Shown one piece after another: positions 1-8,860 of a stretch of DNA of 64,000 nt. Under the pieces are notes generated by a model. That model was given only the letters and a program-made list of their open reading frames with translations, was not told the DNA's origin and did not search any database. Where the stretch lies: the NCBI GenBank assembly GCA_963767005.1, contig CAVYCN010000014.1:19185-83184 (forward strand), written 5' to 3'. The translations under genes were made by a program, and so were the position numbers. How positions within the stretch are numbered: the stretch's first letter is position 1; each line of letters begins with the position of its first letter. This DNA is from an uncultured Actinomycetes bacterium. GTDB lineage: Bacteria > Actinomycetota > Thermoleophilia > UBA2241.

Positions 1-795
1 CAGCGCGACGGCGGCGACGATCAGCACCACCACCACCGCGTTGAAGATGCGCACGATCTTCTGGGCGGTCGACAGGTCCTGGGACTGCAGCAGGGTGATC
101 TGGGCGAAGCCGGCCGGCAGCGTCACGCCGAGCGCCTGCGAGAGCTGCTGCTCGGCCTGGCCGGGCGGCGTCGCCGCTGAGATCTCGGGGATCGGCCGGG
201 GCAGCAGGCGCGGCGCCCGCTGCTGCACGGCGATGAGCGCCTTCGACAGCAGCGGCAGCAGGTTCAGCTCGAGCTTGCCGCCGTTCGCGCGGAGCGCTCC
301 CGGCTTGTTCTGCAGCACGTTCACGACCTGCCGGTGCGCCACCCGGTTGACGGTCACCCAGACGTCGTAGGCGGTCGGGCTGGTCACGAACCGCTCGATG
401 GTGCGCTGCAGGAAGGTCTGCAGCCAGCCCTGCAGCGCGATCGCGATCGGATCGGCCAGGGGCTGGAGCCGGGGCGGCAGGGCGTTCTGGGTGCGCTGCC
501 CGATGTCGATCGTGTCGGTGCCCTGCTGGGCGAGGTAGACGCTCAGGTCGTGGGTCACCGCCGGGTCCTTGGCGATCGGCGCGACGGTCGCGACCCAGGT
601 GTCGGTGTTGAACAGGAAGTCGTGCGCCCAGAGCGTCACCGAACCGACCAGCACGACGAGCACCGCGACGACCACGAGCGCGCCGACCAGCCAGTTGCGC
701 CGGCGCACGTGCGCTCGTCCGGCGCCGCGCTCGCCGAGCCAGGTCGAGACGGCTCGCCAGGTCGACGACCGTTCTTGTCCCGCGCCCTTGCTCAT
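1..795 (-). CDS. Integral membrane protein, 3' end runs off the window
   Basis: Open minus frame from ATG at 795 (MSKGAGQERS...NWLVGALVVVAVLVVLVGSVTLWAHDFLFNTDTWVATVAPIAKDPAV...) with an N-terminal TM helix and a further TM at the window edge; missing from the ORF track because it has no stop in the window. Confidence 0.75.
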   Translation of the reverse strand, partial: MSKGAGQERSSTWRAVSTWLGERGAGRAHVRRRNWLVGALVVVAVLVVLVGSVTLWAHDFLFNTDTWVATVAPIAKDPAVTHDLSVYLAQQGTDTIDIGQRTQNALPPRLQPLADPIAIALQGWLQTFLQRTIERFVTSPTAYDVWVTVNRVAHRQVVNVLQNKPGALRANGGKLELNLLPLLSKALIAVQQRAPRLLPRPIPEISAATPPGQAEQQLSQALGVTLPAGFAQITLLQSQDLSTAQKIVRIFNAVVVVLIVAAVAL

Positions 796-949
796 GGATC
801 GTCCACCCGCCTCGCCGCGCTCGCCTCGCTCGCCCCCGTGTCTGTGGTGTGTCCGCCGGCGCGCGGCCCAGAACCGTTCAGGCGATCGCCGGCGTGTTCG
901 GCGGCGCCGGCGCGTTCGCACCGCGCCGGCGCGCGGCATCGGGCCATCG

Positions 950-1666
950 TCAGCCTTGGTCGCTGCTGCGGGCGTGCTGCCCGTACAGCGACACGAGCAG
1001 CGCCACCGCGGTCACCAGGAAGATCTGCCCGAGCATGGCCTCGAAGAGCGACAGCACGCGGGCGAGGCTGGTCGCCGGCGTGAGGTCGCCGTAGCCCACT
1101 GTGGTCATGGTGATGAAGCTGAAGTAGACGAAGTCGGCCGGCGAGTGACTGCCGGCCTGCGCGAAGAAGCTGCCGGTGGCGCGGTGGACGCCGACGAAGA
1201 CGTAGGCGAACGTCAGGCCGATCAGCACGTAGATCGAGACCGCCCCGAACAGGAGGCGCAGCGTGACCTGCCTCTCCATGAAGATGCGGCGCAGGATCAG
1301 GGGCGGCGTCGCGACGAGCATCGCCGCGAGCAGGAAGAACCCGGCTCCCTGGAAACGGGTGGTGTCGAACACGGCCTCGAAGACCGCGAACAGCGTGATG
1401 CAGGCGCCGGCTGCCAGAGCGATGCGCGTGACGCGGCGGGGCGCGCCCGCCGTGATGAGACCGATGACGAGGGTCACCGCCACCAGCGGCGTGGAGATCA
1501 GCGTACCCCACACGCCGACCGGCAGGATGAAGGCCAGCAGGACGTCGGTCAGCACCAGGGCGAGGAGCAGAGGGTAGCGCGCCGAGCCGCGCAGGTGCGG
1601 CGCCTCCTCGAGGCGTCGGTAGGCGCGCGCCGCGCGCGTGTCGCGTCTGTCGCCGGGCGGCGTCAC
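950..1666 (-). CDS. Two-TM potassium channel family protein (Ion_trans_2) with extra N-terminal TM helices
   Basis: Pore/selectivity motif YFSFITMTTVGYGD. Confidence 0.9.
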   Translation of the reverse strand: MTPPGDRRDTRAARAYRRLEEAPHLRGSARYPLLLALVLTDVLLAFILPVGVWGTLISTPLVAVTLVIGLITAGAPRRVTRIALAAGACITLFAVFEAVFDTTRFQGAGFFLLAAMLVATPPLILRRIFMERQVTLRLLFGAVSIYVLIGLTFAYVFVGVHRATGSFFAQAGSHSPADFVYFSFITMTTVGYGDLTPATSLARVLSLFEAMLGQIFLVTAVALLVSLYGQHARSSDQG

Positions 1667-1681
1667 GGTCTCACCCGTCGG

Positions 1682-1722
1682 GGGCGCGGCGGGGCGGACC
1701 TGCGGTCCGCCCCGCCGCGCCC
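1682..1722 (-). terminator. GC-rich hairpin downstream of the DUF1269 gene
   Basis: gggcgcggcggggcggacc-tgc-ggtccgccccgccgcgccc, 19-bp inverted repeat. Confidence 0.6.
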
Positions 1723-1763
1723 GCCGCGCTCGATGATGTCCGGCGGGCGGGTCGGCGACCGGC

Positions 1764-2282
1764 TCAGGCCGCGGCCGCCCGCTCGGTCCCCTCGTGCTTG
1801 CGCGCGCCGAAGGCGTGCTTGAGCTGCTTCTCCTGCTCCTCGGTCAGGTTCGTGCGCACGACCCTGGCGTTGGTACCCTCGACCTCGGCCAGGAACTTGT
1901 CCTCGGTCTTCTGGGCGATGATCAGGAACCAGCCGGCCTTGCCGGGCGGCACCGCGTCGCCCATCTGCTGGAGCACCTGCTGGTCGATGCCCGTCTTGCC
2001 GAGCTTGCCGAAGAGCGCGCCCAGGCCGGCTCCGAGGGCAAGCCCCAGGAACGGTATGAAGAACAGCAGGCCGAAGAGCATGCCCCAGAAGGCGCCGCCC
2101 ATGGCGCCCGCTCCCACCAGATGGTGGCCGTGCTTGACGTGCGGCTTGCCGTCCGGGTCGCGCACGACCTCGGCGGCGTCCTGGAGCTGGACGACCATGT
2201 CGCGCTGCATCTGCTCCAGCTTGAAGCCGAAGTTGTCGGCCTCGGCTTCGGTGTCGAAGCCCAGGACCATCATCTCGCTCAT
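1764..2282 (-). CDS. DUF1269-like membrane protein
   Basis: MSEMMVLGFD...DAAEVVRDPDGK...GAMGGAFWGMLFGLLFFIPFLGLALGAGLGALFGKL..GID glycine-zipper pattern; GGAGG RBS. Confidence 0.85.
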   Translation of the reverse strand: MSEMMVLGFDTEAEADNFGFKLEQMQRDMVVQLQDAAEVVRDPDGKPHVKHGHHLVGAGAMGGAFWGMLFGLLFFIPFLGLALGAGLGALFGKLGKTGIDQQVLQQMGDAVPPGKAGWFLIIAQKTEDKFLAEVEGTNARVVRTNLTEEQEKQLKHAFGARKHEGTERAAAA

Positions 2283-2460
2283 CCATTCCTCCTTGTCTTG
2301 CCTGCCGTCCGTCGCTTGTGCAAGAAGAGAGCCCGCCTCGGGCCGGCGCGCGCCCTCCCCGGGAGGCCGGAGGCGGCGCCGCTGCAAGGCCGCGGCGCCG
2401 TTCCCGTGATGATGGCGGGCGGCTTACCCGGGGCGCGCCGCGGACAAGCCGTTCGCCGCG

Positions 2461-3189
2461 CTAAGGGGCGACGTGCGACCTGGCGTGGAGCTCGCGCCAG
2501 CGGGCGCCCTCCTTGCGCAGCCTGAAGGCGACGACGATCGTGACGATGCCCCACGCCACGGCCGCGAGGCCGACGAGCACGCCGACGAGCGTGATGGTCG
2601 CGCCCGGCCAGACGATCATGAGGACCCCGAGCACACCGAGCGCGAGGCCCACGAGCAGGTCGTGACCTCGTGTCGCGGGCGCGGCGCGGAGCGCTCCCGC
2701 GGCCCGCACGACACCCCACAGCAGCACGGTGATACCGCCGACGACGGCGACGACCCTGAGGGTCTCGCCGGGCCAGACGAGCAGGACGAGCCCGCCGACG
2801 ACGGCGATCGCGGCCGCGCTGAAGCGCGCCCATGGCGCTCCCCCGCCGCGCACGGTGACGAGCTGCGCCACGCCGGCGAAGATCAGGAACAGGCCGGTGA
2901 GCCACACGAGGGCGGTCAGGCTGCCGAAGGCCCGGCTCAGCACGATGAGGCCGAACACGATACCGACACCGCCGAACGCGGCGAGCCAGCCCCAGTTGGC
3001 CGCCGCCCAGCCGGCCTGCCGGTCGAGCTCCCGCGCCTCGGCCGACGTGACGCTGATCTCTGGTTGGACGACGATGCGTTCCTCGCCGGCCGGCCGGCCG
3101 GCCCGTTCCTGCTCGCCCCTGTCGAACGGCGTGGCGGAGCGATCGGCCCCACCCACGTCGAAATCGTGGTCTTCTTGCGGAGTGCTCAT
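2461..3189 (-). CDS. HdeD/DUF308 family acid-resistance-like membrane protein
   Basis: Two repeats of a GxxxLxWP..T TM unit, about 6 TM; GGAGG RBS before MSTPQ. Confidence 0.8.
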   Translation of the reverse strand: MSTPQEDHDFDVGGADRSATPFDRGEQERAGRPAGEERIVVQPEISVTSAEARELDRQAGWAAANWGWLAAFGGVGIVFGLIVLSRAFGSLTALVWLTGLFLIFAGVAQLVTVRGGGAPWARFSAAAIAVVGGLVLLVWPGETLRVVAVVGGITVLLWGVVRAAGALRAAPATRGHDLLVGLALGVLGVLMIVWPGATITLVGVLVGLAAVAWGIVTIVVAFRLRKEGARWRELHARSHVAP

Positions 3190-3256
3190 ACCCCACCTCC
3201 ATGGGCCTGCGCTTCGCTTTGCGGTCCCGGCCACACGACGGCGGCCGGGCCGCTCC

Positions 3257-3754
3257 TCAGGCGGCCCCTCTCGCCTCGATGTCGATGGCGACGAGGTCGT
3301 CGGGGTGGATCCACTGGTCTGCCAGCGCGACGCCGCCGGAGCGGGTGATCGCGTCGCGCAGGGGGATCGCCCAGCGGTGCTCGAGCACCGCGATGGCGGC
3401 CGTCATGCCGGCCGGGATGGCGTCGGCGAGGTACCAGACCTCAGCGGATTCGAACAGAGAGCCTTCGGCCACGGCGGCTACGCCAGCCTCGGCTCCCGCC
3501 TCGATGCCCTCGTCATCGGCCGCGCCGAGCCCGAGCAGGGCGCCGGCCACGGCACCCAGCTTGGCGAGCTCGGCGCTGTCGCTGATCTCCACCTTCGTGA
3601 AGGTACCGTCGTCGTTGTGGTGCACGACGAGCAGGTCGATGAGCCGCACGATGTCGTGCTCCATGAGCTTGCGGAGCTCGCGCAGGGCCTCGCCCCGGAA
3701 CGTCGCGTCGGTGTCGTACCCGATCGCCAGGAGCTGCACTGGTCCGAGCGTCAT
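3257..3754 (-). CDS. DUF1269/DUF6325-like protein
   Basis: MTLGPVQLLAIGY...IVRLIDLLVV...AIAVLEHRWAIPLRDAITRSGG pattern. Confidence 0.75.
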   Translation of the reverse strand: MTLGPVQLLAIGYDTDATFRGEALRELRKLMEHDIVRLIDLLVVHHNDDGTFTKVEISDSAELAKLGAVAGALLGLGAADDEGIEAGAEAGVAAVAEGSLFESAEVWYLADAIPAGMTAAIAVLEHRWAIPLRDAITRSGGVALADQWIHPDDLVAIDIEARGAA

Positions 3755-3770
3755 ATCGTCACTTCCTCGC

Positions 3771-4055
3771 TCACATGCTCTGCAGGATCTTCTGCTTTTC
3801 GAGGTCGAACTCAGCCTGGGTCAGGACGCCCTGGTCGAGCAGCTCCTTGAGCTGCCTGAGCTGGCCCATCTTGTCTTCGGTCGAAGCCGGCCCCGGTCCG
3901 GCCGGCGGGGCCTGCGCCTGCTGTGCCTGCAGCTCGGTGATCTGCGCATCTTGCTGCGCCGTGCTCTCGCGTGACTGCTGGACTTTCTTGCCCGCGTAGT
4001 AGGCGGTGCCGCCCACGACCGCGGCGCGCATCAGGGGTCTGCGGCGAACCAACAT
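3771..4055 (-). CDS. SHOCT domain protein
   Basis: RRRPLMRAAVVGGTAYYAGK N-terminus; C-terminal QLRQLKELLDQGVLTQAEFDLEKQKIL SHOCT motif. Confidence 0.85.
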   Translation of the reverse strand: MLVRRRPLMRAAVVGGTAYYAGKKVQQSRESTAQQDAQITELQAQQAQAPPAGPGPASTEDKMGQLRQLKELLDQGVLTQAEFDLEKQKILQSM

Positions 4056-4258
4056 GTCTCTGCCCTCTCCGGCTGGTTCAGGGCGGGCGGTCCGCCCCGC
4101 GACGACCACGGCCGCATTCCCCTTCGCGCCCTCGCCGAAGCCGTTCCCCGTCGACGACGCGGCCCGCGCGGCGAACGGATTGAAGCCCCCCGGCCGCGGC
4201 AATAGGCGGGCGGTCAGGGGTGGCGCGGCGGCCTGTCGCGACTCGTCAGGAGGGTTCC

Positions 4259-5339
4259 ATGGAAGAGCCCGGGCACGGGCCCCTCGCGGAGGATGTCGCC
4301 GGCGGCGTGACGCCGGCCCTACGGCTGCTGCTGACGCTGGCGGCCGGCGCGATCCTTCTGCTGGCGCTGCGGCTCGCGGCTTCGATCGTCGATCCGATCG
4401 TGCTCGCCCTGGTCGTCACCGTGGCGGTCTCGCCCCTGCTCACTGGGCTCATCAGGCGCGGTGTGCCCGCCTGGCTGGCCTGGTTGCTCACCGTGATCGT
4501 GACCCTGGCCGCCGTCGCCTTCGTCGTGGTCGTCGGGCTCACCGGCATCGCCCGGCTGATCGCCGAGATCCCGCGCTACCAGTCCGAGCTCGCGGCGCGC
4601 TGGCAACACGCCAAGACGGCGCTGCAGCACGCCGGCCTGAACTCGAGCGGCCTGACGCAGGGTCACAGCGCCTTCCTCGACCCGCAACGCGTCACGAAGG
4701 TCGCGGTGCACGTCCTGCAGGTGGCCAAGCGCGCCGTGTCGACCGGGCTGCTCACCCTGCTGCTCGTGCTCTTCATGCTGGGCGAGGCGGCGAGCGTCGG
4801 CCTGCGCTTCGTGGCCACGCCGCCGCGGGTGAGCAAGACTCTCGCCCGCCTCGAGGTCTTCACCAGCGACATGCGTCAATTCGTGCAGGCGACCACGATC
4901 GCCGGCCTCGTCGCGGGCGCGGCCGTCACGGTCTTCCTGGCGCTGATCGGCGTCCACTACCCGCTGCTCTGGGGCCTGTTCGCCTTCTTCATGACCTTCA
5001 TCCCGACGCTCGGCCCGCTGCTCGCCATCGCGCCGCCCACGTTCCTCGCGCTGCTCGAGTCGGGCTGGAGCAAGGCGCTGTATCACGGCGATCGGCATGT
5101 TCGTCGTCTTTTCGATCGTCGGCAACCTCGTCGGCCGGCGGCTGATCGCGCGCCGCACCAACCTCTCGACGCTCGCGGTGGTCCTGTCGGTCGTCCTCTG
5201 GGGCTGGGTCCTCGGTCTGCTCGGCGGCCTGCTGGCCGTACCCATGACGCTGCTCGTGCGGCGCCTGTTCATCGAAGCCTACGACGAGTCGGGCTGGGCG
5301 ACCGCGCTGCTCGGGCGCGTCGCGCGACCGCGCTCGTAG
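4259..5339 (+). pseudogene. AI-2E family transporter with a +1 frameshift near 5081 (pseudogene or sequencing error)
   Basis: LLWGLFAFFMTFIPTLGPLLAIAPP in one frame, continuing as ITAIGMFVVF...WGWVLGLLGGLLAVPMT in the next; removing one T at about 5081 joins them. Confidence 0.8.
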
Positions 5340-5389
5340 GGTGTCGCGAGGACGGCGCCTCCGACGCTCTCTCCCCTCCGTCGGACGTG

Positions 5390-6124
5390 CTACTTGAAGA
5401 TGTTCACGGCGCGCGCGACGACCAGGCCGAGCAGCGCCAGCGACACGCTCGACTGTGCCACCATGGCGAGCTTCGCCCAGGCGGCCAGCGGCATGACGTC
5501 GGTGGGGCTGAACGCCGTGGCGTTGGTGAAGCCGACGTACAGGTAGTCGACGAAGCGCGGGCGCCAGCCGTCGGGGGCGATCTCGGGGGCGAGCTGCTGC
5601 GGGAAGGCGAAGTCCGGGTGGGCCGGGAGGCCGTGCGCGCGACGCGCCGGTCCGCCGCTGTCGAGCTCCCAGTAGAGCAGGCCGAAGGCGAGGCAGTTCG
5701 ACGTCCAGACCATCGCGCCGGCGGCGAGCAGCGTGTTCGCCGAGGCGGTGGCCTGGCCGCCGCGGATGAGCTCGGCGATGAGCTCCACGGTGCACCACAG
5801 GGCGTTGCCGGCGAGCAGCGCGACGAGCGCGACGGTCAGGGTGCGCTCGAGCCGTGAGACCCGGTCGATCTTGCCGGGGTCGCCGGCGATCACCGCGACG
5901 AGCAGCAGGCCCTCGACCAGCGGCACCGGCCAGCGTGGCCGGACGATCAGGCTGTGGGGCAGAAAGACGGTCAGCAGGACGAGGGCCACGACGGCTGTGG
6001 CCATCGGCCAGCGCGCCTCGCCGACGACCGTGACCGGGTCGCGGCCGGCGCCGGCGTCGGGCGCTGGTCCGACCGCGCGGAGGTCGCGCCGTCCGGTCAC
6101 CCGCAGCCATCTGCGCGAGGTCAC
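5390..6124 (-). CDS. DUF1345-like membrane protein
   Basis: GEARWP...YWELDSGGP..R...PDFAFPQ...WRPRFVDYLYVGFTNATAFSPTDVMPL; GTG start overlaps the upstream stop (GTGA). Confidence 0.85.
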   Translation of the reverse strand: MTSRRWLRVTGRRDLRAVGPAPDAGAGRDPVTVVGEARWPMATAVVALVLLTVFLPHSLIVRPRWPVPLVEGLLLVAVIAGDPGKIDRVSRLERTLTVALVALLAGNALWCTVELIAELIRGGQATASANTLLAAGAMVWTSNCLAFGLLYWELDSGGPARRAHGLPAHPDFAFPQQLAPEIAPDGWRPRFVDYLYVGFTNATAFSPTDVMPLAAWAKLAMVAQSSVSLALLGLVVARAVNIFK

Positions 6125-6294
6125 CCGACACCTCGTCGGGGAGGCGACGAGGGCGGCGAGCCGGCGACCGGGCGGGGGCGTGGCGCGAGCGCGACGGTCA
6201 CGAGATAGGCCACGACGACCCCGACGATGATGAGGTAGCCGCGGTCGCGCAGGATCGCCGTCGGGTCCCGGGGTGCCGGCCCTGCCGCGGACAC
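6121..6294 (-). CDS. 57-aa single-TM protein, possible internally deleted remnant of a ClC-type channel gene
   Basis: MSAAGPAPRDPTAILRDRGYLIIVGVVVAYLVTVALAPRPRPVAGSPPSSPPRRGVG*; GAGG RBS; GTGA overlap with the next gene; below the ORF-track size cutoff. Confidence 0.55.
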   Translation of the reverse strand: MSAAGPAPRDPTAILRDRGYLIIVGVVVAYLVTVALAPRPRPVAGSPPSSPPRRGVG

Positions 6295-6323
6295 CGGGTG
6301 CGTCCTCTAGCGGCGCGCGCGCG

Positions 6324-7187
6324 TCACGACCCGGTGTGCCGTTCGGGCCGCGTGTCGAGCGCGTCGAGGCTCCCCTGCGCGGCCGCGGCGCCGCTGCGAT
6401 CGCCGCCCGGGCCGCGCAGGACATAGGCGAAGCCGACGGCGATGAGGGCGCCGGCGAGCGGCCCCACGACGTAGGCCCAGTAGTGGGAGAAGTCCCAGAG
6501 CGCGAGGTCGGGGCCGAAGGAGCGCGCCGGGTTCATCGAGGCGCCGCTGACCGGGCTCGACCACAGGCCCGCCAGGATGATGTAACCGCCGACCCCGAGG
6601 GCGCCGAAGACGCCGACGTTCTGGGCACCCGACGCCGTGCCGAGGATGGTGCTCACCAGGCCGAAGGTGAGCAGGAGCTCCATCGCCATGGCCTGGACCG
6701 TGCTGATGCCCGGGCCCGGTTCGGTGGCGCCCAGCATGCCGACCTTGCCGAGCAGGGCCCAGAGCACGAGGCAGGCGAGCGTGGCGCCCAGGAGCTGGAC
6801 GGCGACGTAGCCCGGCACCCGGCGCCAGGGAAAGTCGCCGCGCGCCGCGAAGGCGACGCTGACCGCCGGGTTCAGGTGCGCGCCGGACACCGCGCCCATG
6901 AAGAGGATGATGGCCATCACCATGAGCCCCGGGGCGGTGACGGCGGCGCTGCGACCGATGGCGCCGTGAGAACGGGCGTCGACCACGGCGCCACCCGCTC
7001 CGACCAGCACGAGCAAGAACGTGCCGACCAGCTCGGAGATCAGCCGGCGCCACTCGTGCCGCGGGTCATCGAAATCCCAGGACTTGCCGAACTCGAGCTC
7101 GAGCAGGCCGGCCGCCCGGTGGCGAGCCGCCTCGCTGGCGACGTCGCGGTGCTGGCCGCCTGGTCCCGCCTCTCCAGCCACGTTCAC
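6324..7187 (-). CDS. MIP/aquaporin family channel
   Basis: SGAHLNPAVS and SGASMNPARSFGP dual NPA motifs; start approximate. Confidence 0.93.
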   Translation of the reverse strand: MNVAGEAGPGGQHRDVASEAARHRAAGLLELEFGKSWDFDDPRHEWRRLISELVGTFLLVLVGAGGAVVDARSHGAIGRSAAVTAPGLMVMAIILFMGAVSGAHLNPAVSVAFAARGDFPWRRVPGYVAVQLLGATLACLVLWALLGKVGMLGATEPGPGISTVQAMAMELLLTFGLVSTILGTASGAQNVGVFGALGVGGYIILAGLWSSPVSGASMNPARSFGPDLALWDFSHYWAYVVGPLAGALIAVGFAYVLRGPGGDRSGAAAAQGSLDALDTRPERHTGS

Positions 7188-7362
7188 CTCGGCTCTCCCT
7201 CGAGCGGTCGGGGGTCGGCACCAGCCGGGACTCCCGCGGATCACGTGGATGCCGCTTTCCCGGGCGGCGGCGGCGACAATCCGTCGTACGGCCGCCCGGT
7301 GGCGTTACGACAGCGCGACGAGCAGCGCGCGACGGCGTGAGCGGGTGCGGCGCGCGGGAACG

Positions 7363-7740
7363 ATGCCGGCCGTGACCTACGTCGAGTTCATGGAGCACGT
7401 CGCGCGAGTCTTCGAGGCCGTCGGTGTGGCGGTGCTGGTCGGCGGCTTCGCGCTGGGCATCGGGCGGGCGCTGATGAACGTGGTGCGCGGGGGACCGTCG
7501 GCGCCGTACGACGTGCTGCGCGGCTCCTTCGGGCGCACGCTCCTGCTCGGCCTCGAGGTGCTGATCGCCGCCGACCTGATCCACACCGTGGCCGTCGAGC
7601 CGACCGTGACCAACGTGCTGACGCTCGCCCTGATCGTGGTGATCCGCACGTTCCTGAGCTTCTCGGTGGGCATCGAGGTCGAGGGCCGGGTCCCGTGGCG
7701 CCGGCGCCACGACGCGACCGAGGGCCCGCCGTCGCACTAG
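7363..7740 (+). CDS. DUF1622 family membrane protein
   Basis: GRTLLLGLEVLIAADLIHTV...LALIVVIRTFLSFS signature. Confidence 0.88.
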   Translation: MPAVTYVEFMEHVARVFEAVGVAVLVGGFALGIGRALMNVVRGGPSAPYDVLRGSFGRTLLLGLEVLIAADLIHTVAVEPTVTNVLTLALIVVIRTFLSFSVGIEVEGRVPWRRRHDATEGPPSH

Positions 7741-7741
7741 A

Positions 7742-7798
7742 GCCCGCCGTCGCGCCAGGTCCCGCCGTCGCGCCAGGGCCCGCCGCCGCGTCGCCAGG
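7742..7798 (+). repeat. About 3 imperfect tandem copies of an 18-bp unit (gcccgccgtcgcgccagg)
   Basis: Copies at 7742, 7760 and 7778; resembles the 3' end of the DUF1622 gene. Confidence 0.75.
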
Positions 7799-7901
7799 GC
7801 AGGCAACGGGATTCGAACCCGCGAGGACGGGGACAGGGCAACGTGTCGACAACAGGTCGCCGTCCCGGCCGCGGCGCAAGCCACGCCAGAGGGAGGCGCT
7901 C

Positions 7902-8348
7902 ATGAACGGCACGACCGGACGAGGTTTCGGCTGGATCGCATTCGCCGGCTACGTCCTCATCATCGGCGGTGCGTTCAACATCATGGACGGCATCGTCGCA
8001 CTCTCCCGCTCGAGCTTCTTCGTGTCGGGGGCCCACTACGTGTTCAGCGACCTGCGCACGTGGGGCTGGATCGTCCTCGGCCTCGGCGTCGTCGAGGCGC
8101 TGGCCGGCTTCAGCATCTTCACGGGGAGCCAGTGGGCGCGCTGGTTCGGCATCGGCATCGCGAGCCTGAACGCCATCGGCCAGCTCATGTTCGCGCAGGC
8201 CTACCCGCTGTGGAGCCTGATCATCATCGGCGTCGACCTGCTCGTGATCTACGGCCTGGCCGTCTACGGCGGGCCCGCGGAGGCGGCGGCGCGCATCGAA
8301 GGGATCGAGGAGGCGGAGCGGCAACAGCAGCAGCGACGCGCGGCCTGA
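7902..8348 (+). CDS. DUF7144-like 4-TM membrane protein
   Basis: GWIAFAG...GAFNIMDGIVAL...DLRTWGWI...WARWFGI...YPLWSLIII; GGAGG RBS. Confidence 0.8.
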   Translation: MNGTTGRGFGWIAFAGYVLIIGGAFNIMDGIVALSRSSFFVSGAHYVFSDLRTWGWIVLGLGVVEALAGFSIFTGSQWARWFGIGIASLNAIGQLMFAQAYPLWSLIIIGVDLLVIYGLAVYGGPAEAAARIEGIEEAERQQQQRRAA

Positions 8349-8406
8349 CCTTGCCGGCATGGTGAGCGTCGTGGAGCGGTCCGAGGAATAGAAGGGGCCG
8401 CCGGCG

Positions 8407-8444
8407 GGCGCGGCGGCCGGGCCGTACGGCCCGGCCGCCGCGCC
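8407..8444. terminator. 38-bp perfect palindrome (hairpin/terminator)
   Basis: ggcgcggcggccgggccgt|acggcccggccgccgcgcc. Confidence 0.6.
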
Positions 8445-8485
8445 TCGCGAGCGGCGGCACGTGAGAAACGAAAGGAGGGGGACAG

Positions 8486-8860
8486 ATGTCAGACACGTCT
8501 GCCGAGCGGTTCTTCGAGGAGCTCGGCACGGCCAAGGTGCGCCTGCTCCAGAACACATCGGGCACCGTACTCGTCGAGATCCGCGGCGGGGCCCGGGCCG
8601 AACGCTGGTACCTGACCATCCACCGCGGCGAGGTCAGTGTCGCGCGCTCGGGCAGGGACCCCGATTGCGTGATACGGACCGACAAGGAGACGTTCGAGTC
8701 GATCCTCTCGGGCAGGCTGAACGCCATGGCGGCGCTGCTGCGCGGCCTGCTCGAGGTCGAGGGCAAGGTGAGTCTGCTGGCGGCGCTCCAGGCGCTCTTC
8801 CGGCCGTCGGCCGGGGCGAGCGAGCAGCGCGAGGCCATGCACGTGGGGAGGCGGGGATGA
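8486..8860 (+). CDS. SCP2 sterol/lipid-binding domain protein
   Basis: WYLTIHRGEVSV...PDCVIRTD...GRLNAMAALLRGLLEVEG; AAGGAGG RBS. Confidence 0.85.
   Translation: MSDTSAERFFEELGTAKVRLLQNTSGTVLVEIRGGARAERWYLTIHRGEVSVARSGRDPDCVIRTDKETFESILSGRLNAMAALLRGLLEVEGKVSLLAALQALFRPSAGASEQREAMHVGRRG

Noticed and set aside
7780-7880. Complete tRNA gene
   Set aside because: Only a T-arm is present; acceptor, D and anticodon stems cannot be formed
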